Assembly (NCBI GenBank): GCA_964560355.1 | Contig: CAZLLI010000004.1 | Span: forward strand, 799-64,798 | DNA: 64,000 bases | Source: an uncultured bacterium | GTDB taxonomy: Bacteria; Krumholzibacteriota; Krumholzibacteriia; WVZY01; JAKEHA01 | Direction: 5' to 3' | Part shown: piece by piece, positions 10,367-18,822 of the stretch | Position numbering within the stretch: position 1 is the first letter of the stretch | Layout: every line of letters starts with the position of its first letter | Made by a program: the position numbers and the translations under genes | Notes under the pieces: generated by a model | Databases searched by the model: none | What the model saw: the letters and a program-made list of their open reading frames with translations, nothing else | Told to the model about the DNA's origin: nothing

Positions 10367-11725
10367 TTACTTGAGCCGGACCGTCTGCTTGTACTCCGGA
10401 ATCTCCGCGTCCCAGCGAAACGCGCGGTCGAAGTGGCGCCGCAGCGCGTCCGCCGACTTGGGCTCGCCGTGGGTAAGAAACACGCGCTTGGGCGCGGGCT
10501 TCACGTTGCTCAGCCATTCGATGAGCTCGGTGTAGTCGGCGTGCGCCGACATGGAATCGAGGCTCACGACTTCGGCGCGCACGGGGACGAACTGGCCGAA
10601 AATCTTGATCTCGTCGGCGCCGTTTTCGAGCGCTTCGCCGCGCGTGCCGGGGGCCTGAAATCCAGCCAGCAAGACGGTGTTGCGCGGGTCGGGCAAGAGG
10701 GTGCGCAAGTGGTGCACGACGCGTCCGCCCGTCGCCATGCCGCTGCCGGCAAGAATGACGGCGGGTCCGTCGTTGGAATTGAGCGCGCGCGAGGCTTCTT
10801 CGCTGCGGATGAATTCGGCCACGCGAAACATGTCGGCGCATTCGCCGGCGCTGAGCTTGTGCTCGCCCGCGTGGGCGCGAAAGATGTCGGTGGCGTCGAT
10901 GCCGAGCGGGCTGTTCAAGTACACGGGGACCTCGGGAATCATGCGCGACTTCTTCAAGTCGGCGATGAGGTACAAGAGCGCCTGCGTGCGCCCCACCGCG
11001 AAGGCGGGAATGATCACGGTGCCGCCGCGCTTCACGGTGCGCGAGATCACGGTGGCGATCTCGTCGCGCGGGTCTTCGTCGGGGTGGAGGCGGTCGCCGT
11101 AGGTCGATTCGCACACCAGCACGTCGGCGTGCTCGACCGGAACCGGCGCCTTCATGATGGGGTCGACCAGCCGGCCCACGTCGCCGGAAAACACGACGCG
11201 AAATCCGTTGTGCATGAACGTCACCCAGCCCGAGCCGAGGATGTGCCCGGCCGGCGTGTAGCGAAAGCGGACGCCGTCGCCCAAATCGATGTCGGTGTCG
11301 AACGCGACCGGGTTCAACAGGTGCACCGACTGCTCGGCTTCTTCGCGCGTGTAGAGCGGAAGCGCGGGGTCGTGGCGCGCGTACTTGTGCTTGGTGAGGA
11401 ATTGCGCTTCTTCTTCCTGCAAGTGTCCCGAGTCGGGCAGGAGAATCGCGCACAGATCGCGCGTGGCTTCGGTGCAGTAGACCGGTCCTTTGTAGCCGCG
11501 CTTCATGAGCACGGGCAGGTAGCCGCTGTGGTCGATGTGCGCGTGTGTCAGCACGACGGCGTCGATCTTGGCCACGTCGAAGGGCGGGTCTTCCCAGTTG
11601 CGCTGCCGCAGGTTTTTCAACCCTTGGAAGAGCCCGCAGTCGAGCAAGATGTTCTTGTTGGCGATCGAGAGCAGGTACTTGGAACCGGTGACGGTCTGTG
11701 CCGCCCCGTAGAACGAGAGGTACAC
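10367..11725 (-). CDS. MBL-fold / beta-CASP family hydrolase (RNA-metabolising type)
   Basis: The N-terminus is 'YGAAQTVTGSKYLL....LLDCGLFQG', followed by the metallo-beta-lactamase motif 'HAHIDHSGYLP'. A conserved C-terminal 'SAHAD' is also present. Confidence 0.85.
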   Translation of the reverse strand: MYLSFYGAAQTVTGSKYLLSIANKNILLDCGLFQGLKNLRQRNWEDPPFDVAKIDAVVLTHAHIDHSGYLPVLMKRGYKGPVYCTEATRDLCAILLPDSGHLQEEEAQFLTKHKYARHDPALPLYTREEAEQSVHLLNPVAFDTDIDLGDGVRFRYTPAGHILGSGWVTFMHNGFRVVFSGDVGRLVDPIMKAPVPVEHADVLVCESTYGDRLHPDEDPRDEIATVISRTVKRGGTVIIPAFAVGRTQALLYLIADLKKSRMIPEVPVYLNSPLGIDATDIFRAHAGEHKLSAGECADMFRVAEFIRSEEASRALNSNDGPAVILAGSGMATGGRVVHHLRTLLPDPRNTVLLAGFQAPGTRGEALENGADEIKIFGQFVPVRAEVVSLDSMSAHADYTELIEWLSNVKPAPKRVFLTHGEPKSADALRRHFDRAFRWDAEIPEYKQTVRLK

Positions 11726-11849
11726 CGAGACCCCCTTCGTGAGCTGTAACCGCTCCCGCGATTATCCGTATGGGTGGTTACATCCGTCAACGCTGTTGCG
11801 ACTCGCCCCGGCTCGCCCTAAGATAGCCGCCAAGGAGGATCCCCACGCC

Positions 11850-14438
11850 ATGTCGAACCGATTCCTTGCCCTGCTCGCGCCCGTCGTCGCCGTCGCGCTG
11901 ATCGCCCCCACGGCGCGCGCGCAGAGCTACGGCGCCATTCCGTCCTATTATCAGTCGCTCGATTACAACCTCACCAGCCCCTCCGCGTTCACGGAGGCGG
12001 TGGGCGGCTTCGCCAACCCGTCGATCTACTCGATGATGCCGGGCGGCGAGTTCGAATTCTACTGGTCGAGCTTCGACGACGCCGCGTTCAATCCCAAGCG
12101 CTGGGGCCTCTTCACCGGCTTCGAAAACGTCGGCTTCGGCGCCAACTACGGGAAGCTGCGCCTGCCCACCGGCGAAGTGAGCGTGACCGACTATCGCGTC
12201 GCCTTGAGCGGCGGGACGCGCGGGGCCACGCTCGGCGTCGGCTACGGATGGTCGGGCGGCGACGAGGACGCCTTCGGGCGCGAAAACCTGCTGCAAGCCG
12301 GGCTCACCGTGCGGCCGAGCCCGTACCTCTCGCTCGCGGGCGCGTTCAATTTCAGCACCGAGTCGGGTGCGAACCAACAGTTGGTCGACGCCGCCGTGCG
12401 CCCGCTCGGCAACGACCGCGTGACGCTGTTCGGCGACATGGAATTCTCGTCGGACGAATTGACCGACGCGACCCCGTGGAGCATCGGCGCCATGCTCGAA
12501 GTGCCGGCCGGGTTGAAGATCATCGGGCGCTGGTTCGACGGTGACGACGCCGGCGAAGACGGCTTCAGCGTCGGGCTCGCGTACACCATCGGACCGCACT
12601 TTCAGCAGGGCGTCGTGCGCGGCTCCGGCGTCTCGCGCTACGACGACGACAACGACCACATGCTGACCAACTGGGGCGTGCGCATGGGCTACCCCGAGCG
12701 CTCCGACCTCATGAAGCCGCTCGCGGAGAATCGCGGCTACTACCAGATGAGCCTCAAGGGCTCGGTGCCGTACACGACGTTCCGTTATTTCGACACGCGC
12801 ACGCCGCTCGCGAAAATCCTCCAGTCGATCGACGACGCGCGCGAGGACTACCGCGTGGCGGGCGTCGCCATCAATTTGTCGGGCGCGCAGCTCTCGCGCG
12901 GCGCCGCGTGGGAGATTCGCGAACGCCTGGGCGAGCTGAAGGCGACCGGCAAGCACGTGATCGTGTTCATGGACGAAGTAGGCATGTCGACGTACTACGT
13001 CGCCAGCGTCGCCGACCGCGTCGTGATGGATCCGGAAGGGTTGATCCTGCTGCCCGGTTACGCGATGGGCCGCACCTACATCGCCAACATGATCGAGAAA
13101 GTGGGACTCGGCGTCGAAGAATGGCGCTTCTTGAAATACAAGAGCGCGATGGAGTCGCTCGTGCGCCACGAGATGAGCGAAGGCGACCGCGAACAGCGCC
13201 AGGCGCTGGTCAACCAATTCTACGCCACCTTCCGCGACGACGTGGCCGCGGGGCGCCACGTCGACGCCGCAACCGTCGACCGTTGGATCAACGACGTCAC
13301 CATGTTCACCGCGCAGAAGGCGCTCGACGAAAAACTCGTCGACGAGCTGGGCCGCTGGGAAGAAGTGCAGGCGGCGGCGAAGAAGCTCGAGGGCAGAAAG
13401 CAGCCCTTCGTGAACCGCAAGGACCTCGCGAACAACTGGTACCCGTCGAAGCAGTGGGGCGCGGCGCCCGAGATCGCGGTGGTGTACGCGATCGGCGCGT
13501 GCGACATGGACGAAGGCATCCAGGCCCGCAAGCTCGAAAAGATCCTGCGCCAATTGCGCAACGACCGCGACACCAAGGCCATCGTGCTGCGCGTCGACTC
13601 GCCGGGCGGGAGCCCGATCGCGTCCGACGTGGTCGCGAACCAGCTGCGGCGCTGCATGGAGAAGAAGCCGGTCGTCGTCTCGCAGGGCGACGTGGCGGCG
13701 TCGGGCGGTTACTGGCTCTCGATGTGCTCGAACCAGATCGTCGCGCAGCCGACCACCATCACGGGGTCGATCGGCGTCATCTCGGGCTGGGTGTGGGACA
13801 AGGGGCTGGGCAAGAAGACGGGCATGGAGGGCGACTTCGTCGAAAAGGGCGAGCACGCCGATCTCTTCTTCTCGCTGCGCCCGCCGTTCCTGCCGGTGTC
13901 GATTCCACACCGCGCCGTCACCGACGAAGAGCGCGAGACCGCCGTGGCGGGAATGAAGGATATGTACGCGAACTTCGTCTCCGCGGTGGCGAAGAACCGC
14001 AAGATGTCGGCCGACCGCGTCGAACAGCTGGCGCAGGGGCGCGTGTGGACGGGCGTCGAGGCGAAGCAGAACGGGCTCATCGACCAAATCGGCGGGCTCC
14101 ACGACGCCATCCAGATCGCGCGCGAGTTGGCCGAGATCGGACCCAAGGAAGAAGCGAAGGTGGTCGAGTACGGCACGCGCGGGTTGTTCCGCTTCCCGTT
14201 CGACGCGCCGTCGTTATCGACGCCGTGGTCGGCGATCGCGGCCGTGGCCACCTTCGGCGAGTTCGAAGCGCTGGCGGCGCGCGAGCTCCTAGCCGACGAC
14301 GACGCCGACGTCGACGCGAAGCGCGCCAACGCGGCCGCGGACTACGACCTCACGTACTTGCAGCAGATGATTCGCAACAACGGGCGCGCGCTGTGCCTGC
14401 TGCCGCCTGATTTCTTGCCACGCGACACCGATCGATAG
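11850..14438 (+). CDS. sppA: Signal peptide peptidase SppA (S49, long form) with about 300-aa N-terminal extension
   Basis: ATG at 11850 follows AAGGAGGA (11832-11839). The signal peptide is 'LLAPVVAVALIAPTARA'. S49 motifs are 'VLRVDSPGGS' and 'GDVAASGGYWLSM...TGSIGV'. Confidence 0.8.
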   Translation: MSNRFLALLAPVVAVALIAPTARAQSYGAIPSYYQSLDYNLTSPSAFTEAVGGFANPSIYSMMPGGEFEFYWSSFDDAAFNPKRWGLFTGFENVGFGANYGKLRLPTGEVSVTDYRVALSGGTRGATLGVGYGWSGGDEDAFGRENLLQAGLTVRPSPYLSLAGAFNFSTESGANQQLVDAAVRPLGNDRVTLFGDMEFSSDELTDATPWSIGAMLEVPAGLKIIGRWFDGDDAGEDGFSVGLAYTIGPHFQQGVVRGSGVSRYDDDNDHMLTNWGVRMGYPERSDLMKPLAENRGYYQMSLKGSVPYTTFRYFDTRTPLAKILQSIDDAREDYRVAGVAINLSGAQLSRGAAWEIRERLGELKATGKHVIVFMDEVGMSTYYVASVADRVVMDPEGLILLPGYAMGRTYIANMIEKVGLGVEEWRFLKYKSAMESLVRHEMSEGDREQRQALVNQFYATFRDDVAAGRHVDAATVDRWINDVTMFTAQKALDEKLVDELGRWEEVQAAAKKLEGRKQPFVNRKDLANNWYPSKQWGAAPEIAVVYAIGACDMDEGIQARKLEKILRQLRNDRDTKAIVLRVDSPGGSPIASDVVANQLRRCMEKKPVVVSQGDVAASGGYWLSMCSNQIVAQPTTITGSIGVISGWVWDKGLGKKTGMEGDFVEKGEHADLFFSLRPPFLPVSIPHRAVTDEERETAVAGMKDMYANFVSAVAKNRKMSADRVEQLAQGRVWTGVEAKQNGLIDQIGGLHDAIQIARELAEIGPKEEAKVVEYGTRGLFRFPFDAPSLSTPWSAIAAVATFGEFEALAARELLADDDADVDAKRANAAADYDLTYLQQMIRNNGRALCLLPPDFLPRDTDR

Positions 14439-14456
14439 TCGTCGCGTTGCAGCCTC

Positions 14457-14485
14457 CGCCCTTCGTGACTATACTCTCGTCGACC
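14457..14485 (+). promoter_or_regulatory. Sigma70-like promoter candidate (TTGCAG-17-TATACT)
   Basis: The hexamers are at 14457-14462 and 14480-14485 with a 17-nt spacer. The predicted start lies at about 14492, at the foot of the first hairpin. Confidence 0.35.
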
Positions 14486-14490
14486 GCGCA

Positions 14491-14604
14491 AGCGGTCGGA
14501 GTCATGCAAGGGCGGGGGCCCGCATGGGTTTGTTCGAACCCTAGCGGTTTCCTCCGGGCAAGGGCGCGCATCACGGGCAACCGTGGTGCGCGTCAATTTT
14601 TTTT
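14491..14604 (+). ncRNA. Candidate small structured RNA (about 115 nt), family unassigned
   Basis: It contains no plausible ORF. It is framed by the promoter-like element and an intrinsic terminator. Hairpins include cgaccgc-GCAA-gcggtcg (14491-14508), catgc...gcatg, and gggtt-tgttcg-aaccc. It could alternatively be the 3' UTR of sppA. Confidence 0.4.
14565..14604 (+). terminator. Intrinsic terminator (12-bp GC stem, GCAA loop, T8)
   Basis: The sequence is cgcgcatcacgg-gcaa-ccgtggtgcgcg, followed by tcaa and tttttttt. Confidence 0.65.
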
Positions 14605-14636
14605 GTGGAAAGAGAAAGCGTGCGAGTGGAAAAGAA

Positions 14637-14670
14637 AGAAGGAGTCGCCGGAGGGCGGACGACTCCTTCT
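14637..14670 (-). terminator. Hairpin terminator candidate, better U-tract on minus strand
   Basis: The sequence is agaaggagtcg-(12 nt)-cgactccttct. On the minus strand it is followed by ttcttttcc. Confidence 0.45.
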
Positions 14671-15169
14671 TTTCCCGCTATGGCGATCCAGTTGCAGATC
14701 CATTGCGCGCCGGCCCATTCGACTTGGGGTGCCCGCACAGCCTCTGGACTTGTTGTGTCAAGATGAGCCGGCGCGCGCACTCGATTTCAGAAAGTTGATC
14801 CCTCCCCCAAGAGGAACCCACGGTTTCGATCCGCCCTACTGCGGGTCCGCGCGTGGTTGCCTCCACGACCCACCGGCTCCCACGAACGTCCCCGACGATT
14901 CGGGCGTCTCGAGATCACCTATGGCGGAGGTTGACCGCGCCTCCTTTCGTTGCTCTGTGTCCGCGCCCCGGCGCGAATCGTGACGTTTTTCCGGGTGTCG
15001 GGTTAGCGACGCGTCCGACTCGCTCGCGCCGAAGCGCGGACCTTGCCCCTCGCGTGATTCCGAATGGATCACTCGTTCGTTACGCTTCGACGATGTGTGT
15101 TATTGCACTGCGATGTTCGAAGCGAATGCGACGCTCGAGTTCAATTCCTAGTCCCAAGTCCCGCTGACT

Positions 15170-15197
15170 AAACTATCCAGTTAACGCGATCTGTCAA
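15170..15197 (-). promoter_or_regulatory. Promoter-like element on minus strand (TTGACA-16-TAGTTT)
   Basis: Reverse complement of 15192-15197 is TTGACA and of 15170-15175 is TAGTTT. It would drive a transcript of about 0.5 kb towards the 14637-14670 hairpin. Confidence 0.25.
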
Positions 15198-15272
15198 GGG
15201 GTGGGGACGAAGTTTCCCGGCGCCGGGGGTCGTGAATTCGCTCACGACACCCCGGCGCGCCGGCCCGCGCGC

Positions 15273-16652
15273 TTAGCGCCGCGGGCCGTACGTCACCTGG
15301 ATGATTTTGTCGCGGGCGAGGTACTTGCGGACGGTCGCACGCATCTCGTCGGGCGTGATGCGATTCACGTCGGCGGTGAAGTCTTCGACGCTGCGGCCTT
15401 CGCGCAGCTGGTGCTTCATCGCGACGTTGAGCGCTTCTTGTCCGATCACCTGATGGTGCGCGAGCGGATAGTCGGGCACGTCGGGCTTGAGCATCGAATT
15501 GGTGACGAAGCTCACGATGCTGCTCTTGACGTTCTCCACCAGGCCGTCGTTATCGAGCAGCTTGACGGCGGCGTCCAGGTGGTTGCGAAGAATCGTCGTC
15601 ACTTCCGCCACGCTGCGTCCTTCGTCGGGTTCCGCGAACACGAAGAACGGCATGTCGGCGACGCGGTAGACCTGGTTCGAGCAGTACAGCGCGCGGCAGG
15701 CGCCGTACACGTCCTGGGTCGTGTTCATCGACTGATTGAGGAACGCGCCGAACATGGTGAGAATGAGGCGATCGCGGTCGCTCGCGTACGGGCCCGGCGC
15801 GATCAGGTAGATCACCTCGGCGTCGATGTCCCAAGTCGCGGCCGTGTTCTTGGTGAGCACGGGCGTGCCCATCGGCACCTCGGGCCGGCGCGCGATGGGC
15901 TCGAAGTACTTGCGCGCGAGCGCCTCGACGTCGGCCGTCTTGATATTGCCGATGACCACGACGATCATGTCGTCGGGCCGGTAGAACGCGTCGTGGAAGC
16001 GATGGATGTCGTCGATCTTGTACTCCCCGACGCGCGCACGGATGGGGACGTCGCGCACGCCGAAGCGGTAGGTCTGGTTGAGCGCCATCATCGCGAACTT
16101 GGTCAGCACGCCCTTGGGGTCCCGCAACACGCCGTCGAGCTCATCTACGACGCGACCCGACTCGCGCTTGAGGACCGCGTCATCGCAACGAATCGCGCGC
16201 AGGCGTTCGGACTCGATGTTGAAGATCTCCTCCAGATGCTCGCCACCGATGATGTAGTCGATGTGCACGAAGTTCGCGACCGCCTCCGCGTTGAGCATCC
16301 CGCGCTCCTTCTCGATGGCGGCGAGCGCGGCGTCGGGGGCGAAGGAGCCCATCTCGCAGTAGATGGCCATGTGCTCGGTGAGGTGCGAGATCTGCGGCTC
16401 GCCCTTGGGCTCGGCCATGAATCCGGCGCGGTACAGGACCTCGACGGCGACGCGCGAGTCGGTGCGCTCTTCCTGGACGTAGAGCGACACGCCGTTGGAG
16501 AGGGTGACCGACGTCATGGCCGACATGTCGCGCTGGAAGTTCTCGCTGTCGGCACGGTCGAACTTCTGGTTCTCTTGCTCGTCGGCGTTGCACGCGCCCA
16601 GCAAGAGGACGGCGGCCGCCAGGGCGTAGGCCCGGGCACGGATCGAAAACAT
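15273..16652 (-). CDS. M16 (pitrilysin/insulinase) family zinc peptidase, lipoprotein-like
   Basis: The inverted zinc motif HxxEH is present in 'ISHLTEHMAIY'. ATG at 16652 gives the signal/lipobox 'ALAAAVLLLGAC'. Confidence 0.8.
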   Translation of the reverse strand: MFSIRARAYALAAAVLLLGACNADEQENQKFDRADSENFQRDMSAMTSVTLSNGVSLYVQEERTDSRVAVEVLYRAGFMAEPKGEPQISHLTEHMAIYCEMGSFAPDAALAAIEKERGMLNAEAVANFVHIDYIIGGEHLEEIFNIESERLRAIRCDDAVLKRESGRVVDELDGVLRDPKGVLTKFAMMALNQTYRFGVRDVPIRARVGEYKIDDIHRFHDAFYRPDDMIVVVIGNIKTADVEALARKYFEPIARRPEVPMGTPVLTKNTAATWDIDAEVIYLIAPGPYASDRDRLILTMFGAFLNQSMNTTQDVYGACRALYCSNQVYRVADMPFFVFAEPDEGRSVAEVTTILRNHLDAAVKLLDNDGLVENVKSSIVSFVTNSMLKPDVPDYPLAHHQVIGQEALNVAMKHQLREGRSVEDFTADVNRITPDEMRATVRKYLARDKIIQVTYGPRR

Positions 16653-16707
16653 CGAGGGTTCCTTTCTCTCTATCGGGATGCCTGCGCTTGGGAATCGGAG
16701 CCCGCGG

Positions 16708-16736
16708 ATTATACGCGAGTCTTGGCCGGCTTTGAA
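16708..16736 (-). promoter_or_regulatory. Promoter candidate for the M16 peptidase gene (TTCAAA-17-TATAAT)
   Basis: Reverse complement of 16731-16736 is TTCAAA and of 16708-16713 is TATAAT. It lies about 55 nt upstream of the ATG at 16652. Confidence 0.4.
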
Positions 16737-17154
16737 CCCCCTTGCGTCCGCCGCGTTCCCGGGCCCGGCGCGGCCGTCGTCGCAGCGCGTATGGACGGCA
16801 AGCAAACAGAGAGGTGTAAACGGACTTTATAGGATGTGAAATCCGGAATCACACGGGGGTATGGGGCTTCGCCACGAAGAAACTGCCGTGTAACAAGTTA
16901 GCAGCGGTCGGCGTACTGGCACATGGAATGCAATAGCACTCCGCGGAACAGGCGAGCAGGAACACTGATTCCGGTTCGTCGTTGAACAGGGGCACAGGAA
17001 ACGCATCCGAGTCGTTGTGGTGGTTTCTTTAGGATAGCGCGGCATGTATTCCCCCCGGAACCATGGGGCCACGATCCCGATGGATTCGATCCGGTTCCGT
17101 AAGTCGCGCGATCGTTGCTGAGAAGGAATCGACACAGGCGAAGTGGATGTTGCG

Positions 17155-17188
17155 AAAACCCCGCCGATCATGCAACGGCGGGGTTTTT
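17155..17188. terminator. Bidirectional intrinsic terminator
   Basis: The sequence is aaaa-ccccgccg-(9 nt)-cggcgggg-ttttt. It lies 16 nt beyond the stop of the minus-strand esterase gene. Confidence 0.6.
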
Positions 17189-17203
17189 CGCGTCTAGCGG
17201 TCG

Positions 17204-17860
17204 CTAGGCGCGCAGCGCGCGCAGGATCTCCCGCACGGCCGCGATCTCGTCGTCGTTGATGGTGTGCGCCATGCGCGCGTACAGGCGCATCGTCACCGCG
17301 CCCCCCATTCTCCCCAGCACGTCGGCACTTTCGCGCACGCGCTCCTTGGGCACGTGCGGGTCGACGTCGCTGCACCCGAGAAACACCGGCGTTTGCGCGA
17401 GCGAACCGGCGTAGTCGCGCGGCGTCCCCGGCGGCCCGATGAGCCCGCCGCTCAAACCCGCGACGCCGCCGAAGCGCCGCGCGTGGCGCGCGACGTATTC
17501 GAGCGTCAAGCACGCGCCCTGCGAGAAGCCGAGCAGCAGCACGCGCTCGCTCGCGATGCCCGCGTTCGCGAACAGCGCCACCAGCCCGTCGATCACGCGC
17601 AACCCCGACGAAATCCCCGGCTCGTTGTCCGCGATAGGGGCGAGAAAGCTGTACGGGTACCACGTGCTCCCGGCCGCGTCGGGCGCCGCGTACGCGACGT
17701 CGCCTTCGTCGATCTCGGGCACCAATCCGAGGATGTCGTGGGCGCCCGCGCCGCGACCGTGGACGAGGATCGCTCCGGCCTTCGCGCGCTCGATGGGCGC
17801 GCCGGCCCAGTACACCGGGCGGTCGTCGTGCGGTCCCTGGGAGGCGTGCCGGTCGGTCAC
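17204..17860 (-). CDS. Phospholipase/carboxylesterase-type alpha/beta hydrolase
   Basis: The nucleophile elbow is 'GFSQGA'. Other motifs are 'ILVHGRGA' and 'FLGCSDVDPHVP'. The GTG start at 17860 overlaps the upstream stop (GTGA). The rest of the 396-aa ORF is an Arg-rich artefact. Confidence 0.8.
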   Translation of the reverse strand: MTDRHASQGPHDDRPVYWAGAPIERAKAGAILVHGRGAGAHDILGLVPEIDEGDVAYAAPDAAGSTWYPYSFLAPIADNEPGISSGLRVIDGLVALFANAGIASERVLLLGFSQGACLTLEYVARHARRFGGVAGLSGGLIGPPGTPRDYAGSLAQTPVFLGCSDVDPHVPKERVRESADVLGRMGGAVTMRLYARMAHTINDDEIAAVREILRALRA

Positions 17861-18822
17861 GGATTGTTCGACGCCGGGACGGTGAGCGGCGCGAGGCTCG
17901 CTTCGATCTCGCCGCGGTGCGACTCGAGCCACGGCGGGAGCTTCAGGTGCGACCCGAACTCCGCGGGCGTTTCGTCCACCGCAAAGCCGGGCGGGTCGGT
18001 CGCGATCTCGAACAGCACGCCGCCCGGTTCGCGGAAATAGATCGAGTGGAAATAGTTGCGGTCGAGCACCGGGGTGGCGTCGAAGCCGGCCGCGACCACG
18101 CGCTCGCGCAACGCGCGCTGCGCGTCGTCGCTCGCCGCGCGGTACGCGATGTGGTGGACGACGCCGACGCCCATGGTGCCGCGCGCGCGCCCGGGCTCGC
18201 ACACGAGGTCGACGATTGCGCCGGCGCCGCCGTCGCCGGCGACGAAGCGAAAGCGCGCGCCCTCCGCTCCCGCGGCGCGAAACCCCAGCGTGTCGGTGAG
18301 GAGCGCGGCGGTGCGTTCGTAACCCGAGAGCGAGAGCGTCGCGTGGTGGAAGCCGCGGATCGCGTGCTCGATCGACACGTCGCCGTTCGACCAACCCGGC
18401 CGCGCGTCGGCGCGCGCACTCGCGACCAGCTCGAGGGCCACGCCGTCGCGGTCGCGAAACGCGATCGCGGTTTCATCAAAGCGGGTGGACGGCTCGCCCA
18501 CGGCGACGTCGAGCCGCCGCAAGCGGTCGCGCCAGTACGACACCGACGCGGACGGAATCGAGAACGACGTCACCGAGACCTGGCCGGTCCCGATGCGCCC
18601 GCGAATCGAGCGCGCGCCCCACGGAAAGAACGTGAGAATCGAACCCGGCGTGCCGGCGCCGTCGCCGAAATAGAGGTGGTACGTTTCGGGGTCGTCGAAG
18701 TTGATCGTGCGCTTCACCAGCCGCAGACCCAGCACGCGCGTGTAGAAGTCGAGGTTGCCCTGCGCGTCGCCCGCCATCGCGGTGACGTGATGGATGCCGA
18801 GCACCGACGGTGTCGCGCTCAT
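17857..18822 (-). CDS. VOC-superfamily ring-cleaving dioxygenase / glyoxalase-like protein
   Basis: The N-terminus 'GIHHVTAMAGDAQGNLDFYTRVLGLRLVKRTINFDDPETYHLYFGD' is typical of two-domain VOC dioxygenases. ATG at 18822 overlaps the upstream stop (ATGA). Confidence 0.8.
   Translation of the reverse strand: MSATPSVLGIHHVTAMAGDAQGNLDFYTRVLGLRLVKRTINFDDPETYHLYFGDGAGTPGSILTFFPWGARSIRGRIGTGQVSVTSFSIPSASVSYWRDRLRRLDVAVGEPSTRFDETAIAFRDRDGVALELVASARADARPGWSNGDVSIEHAIRGFHHATLSLSGYERTAALLTDTLGFRAAGAEGARFRFVAGDGGAGAIVDLVCEPGRARGTMGVGVVHHIAYRAASDDAQRALRERVVAAGFDATPVLDRNYFHSIYFREPGGVLFEIATDPPGFAVDETPAEFGSHLKLPPWLESHRGEIEASLAPLTVPASNNP

Noticed and set aside
14640-15200. Possible tmRNA, RNase P RNA, SRP RNA or tRNA on the minus strand. 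Cues were a 5' GGGAC...GGAATTGAAC stretch, a short in-frame 'AITHIVEA*' peptide, and GGTTTCGATCC-like strings.
   Set aside because: There is no acceptor/T-arm with a 3' CCA-compatible pairing, and no GGAAAGUCCGG / ACAGAA.CCGGCUUA P4 core. There is no GGAAGGAAGCAGC SRP motif, and the tag-like peptide does not end in the usual Ala-Ala. I kept it only as an unassigned non-coding region.
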